Source: an uncultured Gemmatimonadales bacterium (GTDB lineage Bacteria; Gemmatimonadota; Gemmatimonadetes; Gemmatimonadales; GWC2-71-9). Taken from it: 64,000 nucleotides of DNA. Under the pieces are notes generated by a model. That model did no database searches, was not told the origin of the DNA, and worked only from the letters and a program-made list of their open reading frames with translations. The stretch lies in NCBI GenBank assembly GCA_963730185.1, contig CAVSQW010000006.1:288001-352000 (forward strand), written 5' to 3'. Below, in pieces: positions 39,311 through 48,667 of the stretch (position 1 is the first letter of the stretch; each line of letters starts with the position of its first letter). Position numbers and translations under genes: made by a program.

Positions 39311-40513
39311 ATGGCAACCCTGACCGATATCGTGCTCCCGGCCGACCAGACCGAAGGGACCACCAACCTGGTGGGGACCTGGTTCAAGCAGGTCGGCGAC
39401 GAAGTGGCCGTGAACGACCCCCTGCTGGAGATCACGACCGACAAAGTCACGGTCGAGATCGCGGCCCCCGCGGCAGGTGTGCTGGTCGAGGTCCTGAAGG
39501 CGGAGGGTGAGGAGGTCACTCCCGGCGACGTCCTGGGTCGGATCGGGCCGGCCGGATCGGCGCCGGCGGCGACGTCGGCCGGCGCCCCATCGGCAGGCGC
39601 GACCAGCGGGCGGACCGCCGAGTTCGCCCGGCCGGCCGCCCCACCGGCGGGCGAGGTGACCGAGTTGAGCCCGGCCGTCCGCCGATTGCTCAAGCAGCAC
39701 GACCTCGATCCGGCCGCGGTTTCCGGCACGGGGCGGGGCGGACGGATCACCGTCGAGGACGTCGAGCAGGCGGTGGCGGAGCGGGCCGGGGCTCCGCCGC
39801 CCGCGTCGGAGCCCAAAGCCGGCCAGCCGGCCGGCCGGCGGGTGCCCCATTCCCAGATGCGGAAGTCGGTCGCGGCGCACATGGCCAAGAGCATGGCGAC
39901 CGCGCCCCACGTCACCTCGGTCTTCGAGGCCGACCTGACCGCGATCCTGGCCCACCGCGCGGCCCACAAGGCCGGGGCGGAGAGCCGGGGATCCAAACTC
40001 ACCCTCACCGCCTACTTCGTCCGCGCCACCGTCCTGGCGCTCCAGAGCGTTCCCGAGGTGAACAGCCGCTGGCACGACGACGCCCTCGAGCTGTTCGACG
40101 ACTGTAACATCGGGGTCGGCACCGCTCTGGAGGCCGGCGGGCTCATCGTGCCGGTCGTCCATCGAGCCCAAACGCTCGACCTCGATCAGACGGCCGACCG
40201 GCTCCACGACCTCACCACCCGGGCCCGGGCTGGCTCGCTCGCCCCCGCCGACGTCCAGGGTGGCACCTTCTCGATCTCCAACCACGGGGTGAGCGGGAGC
40301 CTGGTGGCGGCCCCGATCATCATCAACCAGCCCCAGTCGGCCATCCTCGGCACCGGCAAGCTCGAGCAACGCCCCGTGGTCGACGCGACCGGCCAGATCG
40401 TCGCCCGGCCGATGATCTACGTCACCCTGACCATCGACCACCGCGTGCTCGACGGATTCCAGGCCAACGCATTCCTGACCCGGTGGGTCGAGGTTATCGA
40501 GCGCTGGTCCTGA
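39311..40513 (+). CDS. Dihydrolipoamide acyltransferase E2 (second copy)
   Basis: ITTDKVTVE, SPAVRRL...GTGRGGRIT, DHRVLDG. Confidence 0.9.
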   Translation: MATLTDIVLPADQTEGTTNLVGTWFKQVGDEVAVNDPLLEITTDKVTVEIAAPAAGVLVEVLKAEGEEVTPGDVLGRIGPAGSAPAATSAGAPSAGATSGRTAEFARPAAPPAGEVTELSPAVRRLLKQHDLDPAAVSGTGRGGRITVEDVEQAVAERAGAPPPASEPKAGQPAGRRVPHSQMRKSVAAHMAKSMATAPHVTSVFEADLTAILAHRAAHKAGAESRGSKLTLTAYFVRATVLALQSVPEVNSRWHDDALELFDDCNIGVGTALEAGGLIVPVVHRAQTLDLDQTADRLHDLTTRARAGSLAPADVQGGTFSISNHGVSGSLVAAPIIINQPQSAILGTGKLEQRPVVDATGQIVARPMIYVTLTIDHRVLDGFQANAFLTRWVEVIERWS

Positions 40514-40701
40514 GCCCAGCGCCCGAATGACATCCACCGCTCACTGGACCTTCACTCCGCTTTAACCGACCCCTGGCGAGATTGGGACCGCAATGCCTCC
40601 AAGGGGGCTCGGCCCGCCCGCTCGCGGCCGCCCGGACCGACGACAAAGCCCCGCCCAGGCAGGTTCTGCCTGCCAAGCGTGCCGCGAACCGGGAGGGTCG
40701 T

Positions 40702-41535
40702 ATGCAAAGGACCATGTCCGTGGTCGCGGCCGCATTGGTGTCGGCAGCTGCGCTGGCTTGCGAGACACCGACCGCCACGCCAACGAGCCCCGAAACCGAC
40801 GTCGCTGCCGCTCCCATGGCCCCTGATGTCGGCCCGAAGTACGAGGAGTTCACCGTCTGCAAGTTCGGTTCTGGCGGCGACTTCGTCTACACCATCGCCA
40901 ATCGCAACACCGAAGCCACCACGACCGGCACCATCGAGATGGCCCAGGGAACCTGCCGGACCGTCGCCGTGGTCGACCGTCTCGGTGCCGAAGTCACCAT
41001 CTGGGAGAAATTCGTATTCCCGGAGGCGGGGTATCGGCTCGACAAGGTCGTCGTCACCCGGATGACCAGGGTCGAAGGGCAGGACCAGCTGGTCACGACC
41101 GTCGAGCCCGGCCCGAGCGTCACCGGGTTCATCGCCGGCGGCGCCAGCGGGCAGCTCCGGGGCGTCCTGGCGGTGTTCTACAACGTGAAGGGTGGACAGG
41201 GCTGCGGCCCGGAATTCTGGAGTGGTCACCGTGATCTCTGGCCCGCACCGTATCGGCCCGACCAGCTCTTCGTGACGTACTTCGTGAACGCCTTCCCGGG
41301 GAAGACGCTCTACCAGGTACTGACGACGCCGGGCGGCGGGATGAAGGCGTTCGGGCGGCAGGCCGTGGCCGCGCTGCTCAACGCGGCGTCGCCCAAGGTG
41401 AGCTACGATCTGACGGTGGCCCAGGTGAAGGCCACGTTCCGCGACGGATACCGGAGCGAGCACTACGCCGGCGACTATCAGCGCCTGCTCAAGTTCAACA
41501 CGCAGGGCTGCCCGCTCGTGCCGCCCGCCAACTGA
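40702..41535 (+). CDS. Hypothetical lipoprotein
   Basis: RBS GGGAGG, lipobox AALAC, C-terminal GGQGCGPEFW..H...VAALLNA segment. Confidence 0.65.
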   Translation: MQRTMSVVAAALVSAAALACETPTATPTSPETDVAAAPMAPDVGPKYEEFTVCKFGSGGDFVYTIANRNTEATTTGTIEMAQGTCRTVAVVDRLGAEVTIWEKFVFPEAGYRLDKVVVTRMTRVEGQDQLVTTVEPGPSVTGFIAGGASGQLRGVLAVFYNVKGGQGCGPEFWSGHRDLWPAPYRPDQLFVTYFVNAFPGKTLYQVLTTPGGGMKAFGRQAVAALLNAASPKVSYDLTVAQVKATFRDGYRSEHYAGDYQRLLKFNTQGCPLVPPAN

Positions 41536-41542
41536 AGGCGCA

Positions 41543-41575
41543 GAGGTCCGGGACCGCGGTCGGGTCCCGGACCTC
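41543..41575. terminator. 13-bp perfect hairpin between convergent genes
   Basis: GAGGTCCGGGACC-N7-GGTCCCGGACCTC; no U-tract. Confidence 0.55.
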
Positions 41576-41602
41576 GGCCCCACCGACACCGCGCCACCCG
41601 GC

Positions 41603-42115
41603 TCAGATGCTCTTGAAGTGCTCGAAGGGCTGGTGACAGCTCAGGCAGGCGTGGATCGACTTGCAGGCGGTGGAGCCGAACTCGCTCTCGAGGCGGGTCT
41701 GCTTCGACCCGCAGTAAGGACAGGCGACCGAGCGGGCCGGCCCCATCAAGGGGACCAGCTCCTGCGACGCGCCCCCGGTGGGACCGGGCGGCGCGATGCC
41801 GTAGACCCGGAGCTTCTCCCGCGCCTCCGCCGACATCCAGTCGGTGGTCCACGGCGGGTTGAAGACGGTGCGCACCGTGACCTCGGCCACCCCGTGGCGC
41901 TGGAGCGCGGCCTCGATCTCGGTCTCGATCAGCCGCATGGCCGGACAGCCCGAATAGGTCGGGGTAATGTCGACCGTGACCCGGTCTCCCACGATCGTGG
42001 CGCCGCGCACCACGCCCAGCTCGACCACGTCGATCACCGGCACTTCGGGGTCCTTCACCTCGTGCAGGATCTCGATCACGTCCGCCGGCGTGGCGGGCAG
42101 GGTGCCGCGGGTCAC
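41603..42115 (-). CDS. paaD: Phenylacetyl-CoA epoxidase maturation subunit PaaD
   Basis: VKDPEVP, TPTYSGCPAM, PPWTTDW, CPYCGS...FGSTACK...CLSC..PFEHFK. Confidence 0.92.
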   Translation of the reverse strand: MTRGTLPATPADVIEILHEVKDPEVPVIDVVELGVVRGATIVGDRVTVDITPTYSGCPAMRLIETEIEAALQRHGVAEVTVRTVFNPPWTTDWMSAEAREKLRVYGIAPPGPTGGASQELVPLMGPARSVACPYCGSKQTRLESEFGSTACKSIHACLSCHQPFEHFKSI

Positions 42116-42894
42116 CAGGAAGCCCCCGGATGCGACCGGGCCACGATCTGCATCTCGGCCAGCATGTGGCCCAGGAACTCCGAGTGCCGGCCCCTCCGCC
42201 CGCCCACCATCCGCATCGGAACGTCGGGCACGGTCAGCGTGGCCCGGCTCAGGACGTCCTTGACCAGCGCGTCGTAGCCAGGCCGCAAGGTCTCCGGATC
42301 GGGCGCCAGCCCCTCGGCCTGGAGGGAGCGGTCGACGTCGTCCTGATACCAGAATTCCACCGTCCACGGCCAGAGCTCGTCCAGCGCGGACTGGGCTCGC
42401 CGGTGGCTCTCGTCGGTGCCGTCGCCGAGCCGGACGACCCACTCCCCGGCGTGGCGCAGGTGGTATCGGTTTTCCTTGGCGGCCTTGGCGGCAATGCCGG
42501 CCAGATCGTCGTGCCCGACGGAGGCCAAGGCCTCCAGCTGCCCGTGGGCCCAGGCCGAAAAGAGAAACTGGCGGACCACCGTGAACGCGAAGTCGCCCGG
42601 GGGAAGCTCCACCAGTTGGACGTTCCGGAACCCGGTCTCGTCGCGCCAGTAGGCCAGGGCGTCGGCGTCGCGGCCCTCCCCCTCCGTTTGCCCGGCCAGG
42701 TTCAGGAACAGCTGCGCCTCGCCGACCAGATCGAGCGACACGTTGGCCAGGGCGATGTCCTCCTCGAGGATCGGCCCGTGCCCACACCACTCCGAGGTCC
42801 GGTGCCCGAGCACCAATCGATCGTCGCCCAACCGCAGCAGGTACTCGACCAGTGCCCCCGGCCTTCCCACCGTCCGCCCGCCGGCCCGACTCAT
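42112..42894 (-). CDS. paaC: Phenylacetyl-CoA epoxidase subunit PaaC
   Basis: LRLGDDRLVLGHRTSEWCGHGPILEEDIAL; GRHSEFLGHMLAEMQ...HPGASW. Confidence 0.93.
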   Translation of the reverse strand: MSRAGGRTVGRPGALVEYLLRLGDDRLVLGHRTSEWCGHGPILEEDIALANVSLDLVGEAQLFLNLAGQTEGEGRDADALAYWRDETGFRNVQLVELPPGDFAFTVVRQFLFSAWAHGQLEALASVGHDDLAGIAAKAAKENRYHLRHAGEWVVRLGDGTDESHRRAQSALDELWPWTVEFWYQDDVDRSLQAEGLAPDPETLRPGYDALVKDVLSRATLTVPDVPMRMVGGRRGRHSEFLGHMLAEMQIVARSHPGASW

Positions 42895-43196
42895 CAGAAC
42901 ACCCTGACGCCCCGGGGCGTCTTGTAGAATTGTGGGTGCCGGTAGGCCTTGTCGTTGCCAGGGTCGAAGAACGGCCCCGCGTCGCCCGGGCTCGACGCCG
43001 AGATCATCGTGCTCGGCACCACCCAGAGGCTCACCGCTTCGCCCCGGCGGGCGTACACGTCGCGCGCGTTCTGCATTGCCATCTCGGCGTCGGGCGCGTG
43101 GACGCTGCCGGCGTGCTCATGGGGCGCCCCGCTCTTGGGCTGGGTAAAGACCTCCCAGAGAGGCCACTGTCCCACGGCATCGGCTTCGGTCGCCAT
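42894..43196 (-). CDS. paaB: Phenylacetyl-CoA epoxidase subunit PaaB
   Basis: WPLWEVF...HAGSVHAPDAEMA..NARDVYARR...KAYRHP. Confidence 0.93.
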   Translation of the reverse strand: MATEADAVGQWPLWEVFTQPKSGAPHEHAGSVHAPDAEMAMQNARDVYARRGEAVSLWVVPSTMISASSPGDAGPFFDPGNDKAYRHPQFYKTPRGVRVF

Positions 43197-43220
43197 CGTG
43201 CTATTCCACTCCGTCAGAGG

Positions 43221-44189
43221 TCAGGCCGCGGTGGATCGCGCCCGGGCCGCCTGCTTGGCGGCAAAGGCGTCGGCGGCTTCGCGAACCCAGGATCCCCGCT
43301 CGTGCGCCTCCCGGCGGGCGGCCAGCCGTTCGTGATTGCAGGGCCCGTTGCCCTTGATGACCTGGAAGAACTCGGCCCAGTCGATCGGGCCGATCTCCCA
43401 GTCCTTGGTCTCCTCGTTGTAGGTCAGGACGGGATCCGGGACCGTAAGCCCGATCGACTGGGCCTGCGGAATCGTCAGGTTGACGAAGCGCTGGCGGAGC
43501 TCGTCGTTGCTCTTCTGCTTGACCCGCCAGCGAAGCAGCTCGGCGCTATTGGGCGATTCCTTGTCCGACGGACCAAACATCATCAGCGACGGCCACCACC
43601 AGCGATTTACCGCGTCCTGCGCCATGGCTTTCTGGGCCGGGGTGCCCCGGGCCAGCGTGGTCATGATCTCGTAGCCCTGCCGCTTGTGGAAGTTCTCTTC
43701 CTTGCAGATCCGGATCATCGCCCGGGCGTACGGGCCGTAGGAGGCCTTGGCCAGCATCGTCTGGTTCACGATCGCGGCGCCGTCCACCAGCCACCCGATG
43801 GCGCCCATGTCGGCCCAGGTCAGGGTCGGATAGTTGAAGATGCTGGAGTACTTCGCCTTGCCTTCGAGCAGCTGGTCGATCAGCTCGGCCCGATCCACGC
43901 CCAGCGTCTCGGTCCCGCAGTAGATATAGAGGCCGTGCCCGGCCTCGTCCTGGACCTTGGCCAAGAGGGCCATCTTCCGGCGAAGGTTCGGAGCCCGGGT
44001 GATCCAGTTGCCCTCCGGCAGCATCCCGACCACCTCGGAGTGGGCGTGCTGCGACATCATCCGGATCAGCTGCTTCCGATACCGCTCCGGCATCCAATCC
44101 TTGGGCTCGATCGTCTCACCGGCCGCGATCCGGGCCTCGAATGCCTCGTTGGCCGGGTCGCGGTCGGGGGTCGGGATGTTGCTCGCCAT
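43221..44189 (-). CDS. paaA: Phenylacetyl-CoA epoxidase catalytic subunit PaaA
   Basis: [29 protein letters not shown], di-iron DEAGH and EENFH. Confidence 0.95.
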   Translation of the reverse strand: MASNIPTPDRDPANEAFEARIAAGETIEPKDWMPERYRKQLIRMMSQHAHSEVVGMLPEGNWITRAPNLRRKMALLAKVQDEAGHGLYIYCGTETLGVDRAELIDQLLEGKAKYSSIFNYPTLTWADMGAIGWLVDGAAIVNQTMLAKASYGPYARAMIRICKEENFHKRQGYEIMTTLARGTPAQKAMAQDAVNRWWWPSLMMFGPSDKESPNSAELLRWRVKQKSNDELRQRFVNLTIPQAQSIGLTVPDPVLTYNEETKDWEIGPIDWAEFFQVIKGNGPCNHERLAARREAHERGSWVREAADAFAAKQAARARSTAA

Positions 44190-44364
44190 GGCGCGGTTCC
44201 TTCCATCAAAGAGTCCTACCCAGCAATCTACACCCCGGGCTGAAATGGGCCAAGTCCGCATATGACATTACTTTAGACCGTCTTCACGGGCTCGCGTCCT
44301 GACCCGGATGCCCTTCGGCGATCATCCCGCTATACTCCCGGTCCCCGACTCACGAGGAGTGAAG

Positions 44365-45000
44365 ATGGCCGTTCGTCTCGGCGACACCGCACCCGACTTT
44401 CAGGCCGACACCACCCAGGGCCCGATCCGCTTCCACGAGTGGAAGGGCGACTCCTGGGCCGTGCTCTTCTCGCACCCCAAGGACTTCACCCCGGTCTGCA
44501 CCACCGAGCTCGGCACGGTGGCCCGGCTCAAGCCGGAATTCGACCGCCGGAACGTGAAGGTCATCGGCCTCTCGGTCGACCCGGTGCCGTCGCACCTGGA
44601 GTGGGAGAAGGACATCACCGACGTCACCGGTCAGACCGTGAACTTCCCGATGATCGGCGATCCGGATCGGAAGGTCACCACCCTCTACGACATGATCCAT
44701 CCGAACGCCAACGACACCCTCACGGTCCGCTCGGTGTTCGTGATCGGTCCCGATCACAAGGTGAAGCTGACGCTGACCTATCCGGCCAGCGCGGGTCGGA
44801 ACTTCGACGAACTCCTCAGGGTCATCGATTCCCTGCAGCTCACCGCGCGGTACGCGGTCTCCACGCCGGCCGATTGGCAGGACGGCGACGACGTCATCAT
44901 CTCGCCCGCCTTGAGCGACGCCGACGCCAAGCAGAAGTTCCCGAAAGGCTTCGTGACCAAGAAGCCGTACCTCCGGGTCACCCCCCAACCCAACCGCTGA
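44365..45000 (+). CDS. 1-Cys peroxiredoxin (Prx6)
   Basis: FSHPKDFTPVCTTELG, YPASAGRNFDE, KPYLR. Confidence 0.92.
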   Translation: MAVRLGDTAPDFQADTTQGPIRFHEWKGDSWAVLFSHPKDFTPVCTTELGTVARLKPEFDRRNVKVIGLSVDPVPSHLEWEKDITDVTGQTVNFPMIGDPDRKVTTLYDMIHPNANDTLTVRSVFVIGPDHKVKLTLTYPASAGRNFDELLRVIDSLQLTARYAVSTPADWQDGDDVIISPALSDADAKQKFPKGFVTKKPYLRVTPQPNR

Positions 45001-45044
45001 GCCGGGAGGCGATTCTGTCCCACGATCCGACGCAGGACGGCCGA

Positions 45045-45782
45045 GTGACGTCGACCCCTCGGGAGGGCGTCACCACCATCGAATTCGGGCACCCCAAGAG
45101 CAACTCCCTCCCCGGCCGGATCCTCGGCCAGCTGGCCGACGCGATCACGGCCGCGGGACGGGACGAACGCTGTCGGGTGATCGTGCTCCGCGGCGAAGGC
45201 ACCCGGGCCTTCTGCGCCGGCGCCTCGTTCGACGAGCTCCGTGCCGTGGCCGATCCCGCCGCCGGCCAACAGTTCTTCTCGGGCTTCGCCCGGGTCATCC
45301 TGGCCATGATCCGGGCCCCGCAGTTCGTCGTGGCGCGGGTCCATGGCAAGGCGGCCGGCGGGGGGGTCGGGTTGATCGCGGCCGCGGATTACGCCATCGC
45401 CACCAGCGGCGCGTCCGTCAAGCTCAGCGAGCTGGCGGTCGGGATCGGACCGTTCGTGGTGGGTCCGGTGATCGAGCGGAAGGTCGGACTCGGCGCCTTC
45501 GCGGCGCTCTCGGTCGACGCCGATTGGCGGTCGGCCGCATGGGCCGCCGAGCAGGGGCTCTACGCGGTCGTCACCGAGGACATCGCCGGACTCGACCAGG
45601 CGGTCGCCGGCCGGGCGGCGTGGCTGGCCGCCGCCAACGTCGAGGCGATGCGTGAGCTCAAGCGGATGTTCTGGCACGGCACGGAGTCCTGGGACGCGCT
45701 CCTGGCGGAGCGTGCGGCGATCAGCGGCCGCCTGGTCCTGACCCCGGCGGCCCGGGCCGCGATCGAGGCCGTCGGCCGCTAG
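45045..45782 (+). CDS. Enoyl-CoA hydratase/isomerase family (methylglutaconyl-CoA hydratase-like)
   Basis: AFCAGASFDEL, GGGVGL, LSELAVGIGPFVV; start may be upstream at about 45015. Confidence 0.8.
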   Translation: MTSTPREGVTTIEFGHPKSNSLPGRILGQLADAITAAGRDERCRVIVLRGEGTRAFCAGASFDELRAVADPAAGQQFFSGFARVILAMIRAPQFVVARVHGKAAGGGVGLIAAADYAIATSGASVKLSELAVGIGPFVVGPVIERKVGLGAFAALSVDADWRSAAWAAEQGLYAVVTEDIAGLDQAVAGRAAWLAAANVEAMRELKRMFWHGTESWDALLAERAAISGRLVLTPAARAAIEAVGR

Positions 45783-46807
45783 GGCCGGGCCACCGTCATC
45801 CGGACGATCCGGCCCTCCGGACCGACCATCCAACCCACCCCACGGGGCGAGAAGGCCGCCGCCCAGTACTCGGCGTCGTCGAGGCGACGCCAGCTGGTCC
45901 CGTCGTCCTGGGACCAGGACGCCCCCCGGGGCCCGACCGCGACCAACACCGGCCCGGGCCCGTACACCAGACCATAAACCGGCCCCGGAAAGCTGGGCCG
46001 GCCGCCCAACCGCCAGCTCTGGCCGCCGTCCCGGGTGACGATCACGTTGTCGGTGTAGACGTCCTGCTTGCCCAGATCGCCGCCGGCCGCGACTCCGATC
46101 TTCTCCGAGCGGAACGCCAGCGACGCGATCCCGGCCGAGCCGCCGTGGATCATCGGGGTCGCGGTCACCTCCACCCCGCGCTGGGTGGCCCGGATCACCC
46201 GGCCACCCAACGCCGTCCCCAACCAGAACCCGCCGTCTTCCGCCACCACGATGCAGGTCCCGCTGGCGGCGAACGCGCCTTCGCCCGGAAGGGCCCGGAT
46301 CGAATCGTAGCCCGGCGGCTCGAAAGGCTCCCACGAGCGCCCGCCGTTTCGGGTCCGAAGCAACGGGAAGTGCCCGCCCACCTCGTCGCTCACCGCCACG
46401 CCGAACGAGCCCGCGAAGTCGATGCAGTCGTAGAACGCCTTGGGCTCACGATTGGTGAAGACCAGGATCCAGCTTCGGCCCCCGTCCTCGGTCCGGTAAA
46501 GGCGCGACTTCTCGCCGGGGCCGGCGGCGAGGAGGACGGCTCGGCGGGCATCGAAGGCATGCACGTCGCGGAACTCGAGCGAGTCCGCACCGGGCACCAC
46601 GTGCGCTTCCCAGGTCTTCCCGCCGTTCTCGGTCCGTGCGAACGTGCCACCGGTCCCGCTCACCCACACCACATCGGGGCTGACCACGGAGATCGCCTGC
46701 AACCGGGCAGTCGTACCCGAGCGTTGCGGCTCCAACCGCGGCGGCACCTGGGCCAGGATGGCGGTCGGGAGGGCCAGGAACAGGCCGTACCAGAAATGTC
46801 GTCGCAT
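45779..46807 (-). CDS. Secreted YCF48/BNR (Asp-box) beta-propeller protein
   Basis: Signal peptide; repeats TENGGKTW, TEDGGRSW, TRNGGRSW, TRDGGQSW, SQDDGTSW. Confidence 0.8.
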   Translation of the reverse strand: MRRHFWYGLFLALPTAILAQVPPRLEPQRSGTTARLQAISVVSPDVVWVSGTGGTFARTENGGKTWEAHVVPGADSLEFRDVHAFDARRAVLLAAGPGEKSRLYRTEDGGRSWILVFTNREPKAFYDCIDFAGSFGVAVSDEVGGHFPLLRTRNGGRSWEPFEPPGYDSIRALPGEGAFAASGTCIVVAEDGGFWLGTALGGRVIRATQRGVEVTATPMIHGGSAGIASLAFRSEKIGVAAGGDLGKQDVYTDNVIVTRDGGQSWRLGGRPSFPGPVYGLVYGPGPVLVAVGPRGASWSQDDGTSWRRLDDAEYWAAAFSPRGVGWMVGPEGRIVRMTVARP

Positions 46808-46970
46808 CGACCTCGTCGGGGCGGGAGGCAACCTGTCGTCGCCAGTTCAGGGTGGCACCGTCGCAGGGCCATCAACGCCCGGCTCGGCGCCGAAAGCTAC
46901 TTGGATACCTCGGGATTCGCCCACCGCCCAACCACCCACCGCTCCGACGATGGGGGCGGGGATCACAGCG

Positions 46971-47531
46971 TCAGACGAGCTCGGCTGCCTCTCGGACCAG
47001 GCTCTCGGCCAGGGCCCGAAGTCGCTCCGTCGTTCTCTCGGCCGGAAGCAGGGCATCGAGGCGCCCGAAGTCGCGAACCAATCCGTCCTGCCGGGCCGGC
47101 GAGAGCAGCTCATCCGCCATCGGGAACACCAGGTCGTCTTCCTTCTGGATATGATCCCGAAGCAGCGCGACGTAGCCTCGGGTGGCCGAGATCAGCGGGT
47201 CCCGCGCGGTGGGATCGGCTTCGGCCAGTCGGGTCGCCGCGTCACGGATGGCGCCGGCGTATCGGCGCCCCTCCTGGTGTTCCTCCAGCATGACGGCGAT
47301 CGGCCCACCGCCGACGAGCGTGCCTCCCTCGATCATCGCCGGGAAGAGCACGCCTTCCTCCTTCTGGTGATGACAGCCGTCGGCGAACCCGGTAATGAAG
47401 GTGACCGCGTCGAGAAAGAAGGCGGGCCTCACGGACCGGGCCCGAGCCAAATGATCCGCGGCCAGCTCGAGCGCATCCAGTACGGGCTCGATGGTCCGGT
47501 GCTCGTCCATCAGAATGTCGATCGCTCGCAT
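46971..47531 (-). CDS. Hemerythrin (HHE) domain protein
   Basis: LMDEHRTI, CHHQKEEGVLFP, MLEEHQEGR, HIQKEDDLVFP. Confidence 0.88.
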   Translation of the reverse strand: MRAIDILMDEHRTIEPVLDALELAADHLARARSVRPAFFLDAVTFITGFADGCHHQKEEGVLFPAMIEGGTLVGGGPIAVMLEEHQEGRRYAGAIRDAATRLAEADPTARDPLISATRGYVALLRDHIQKEDDLVFPMADELLSPARQDGLVRDFGRLDALLPAERTTERLRALAESLVREAAELV

Positions 47532-47565
47532 CGTGCCTCCTGGCCTGCGCTCCCCGCCACACCCT

Positions 47566-48641
47566 TCACGCCGGGGTCAGCACGGCCCGCCGCGACAGTT
47601 GTCCGTGGTGGGCCGCATCGAAAACCTGATTGATCTCGTTCAGCGGGTGGCGCTCGACGAACGGTCTGACCTTGATCCGACCCTGGCCGATCCAGGCCAG
47701 CAGCTCGGGATAGACCGAACGGGTCGGCGCCCCAGTTGCCTCGTGCCACGGCATCATAGGCCATGAGGTTCGACAGGGAGACTTCCATCTGGTCCATCGT
47801 GAACCCGACCACCGCCAGCGTGGCGCCGAATCCGAGGAGGCCGAACGCGGTCTCTTGCCCCGCCCGGGTGCCCGAGGTCTCGAAGATCTTCCAGAGGTGG
47901 GGCGGCGCTCCATCTGCTCGGCTTCGGCTCTGACCCGCTTCCGCATCTCCTTCACCGCGAGTCCGCGCAGATTCAAGACCGCCCGGGCGCCGGCTTGCCT
48001 GGGCCTGCTCCAGCTTGCCGTCGTCGACATCCAGCGCGATCACCAGGCCCCCGGACGCCGACGCGATCTGCACCGCGTGAATCCCGATCCCGCCGACCCC
48101 GACGACGACGGCCAGCTCGCCCTCGGCCAGGCCCGATCGCTGCACCGCCTGGAAGGGAGTCGCCACCGCGTCCGACACCACGGCGAGCTCCCAGAGCTCG
48201 TGCGGTCGCGAGCACCGCGTCCGGCACCGGACAGAGAAACCGGGCCGGCACGGTGACGTGGCTGGCATAGCCGCCGTCGCGGTCGTTGCCGGGCATCACC
48301 TGGCGGCGGCAGATCGTGCGGTGGCCGGCTCGGCAGAGATCGCACTCGCCGCAGGGCAGAACGGCCGGCACGATCACCGGCCGCCCCAGCAGCGACCGGT
48401 CCACGCCGGACCCGATCTCGGTCACCACCCCACTGATCTCGTGGCCCAGGACGAGGGGAAGCGCCTCCCGGGTCTTCACGCCCTGGTAGAGAAAGGAGAG
48501 ATCGGTGTGGCACACCCCGCACCCGGCCACCTCGACGACCGCTTCGCCGGCCACGGGAGCCACCGGCGGACCCCGCCGGTGCTCCAGCCGAGCTCCGATC
48601 GCGGTCATCGGCCACGCCTCCCATTGCTGGGGACTCGTCAT
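47566..48641 (-). CDS. had: 6-hydroxycyclohex-1-ene-1-carbonyl-CoA dehydrogenase (Zn-MDR), about 4 frameshifts
   Basis: AGCGVCHTD, LGHEISG, PAVLPCGECDLC...C..QVMPGND, SDAVATP, WKIFETSG, LSNLMAYDA...GNWG split over several frames. Confidence 0.85.
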
Positions 48642-48667
48642 CGTCCGCCTCCTTGCGGGTCGCCCGC

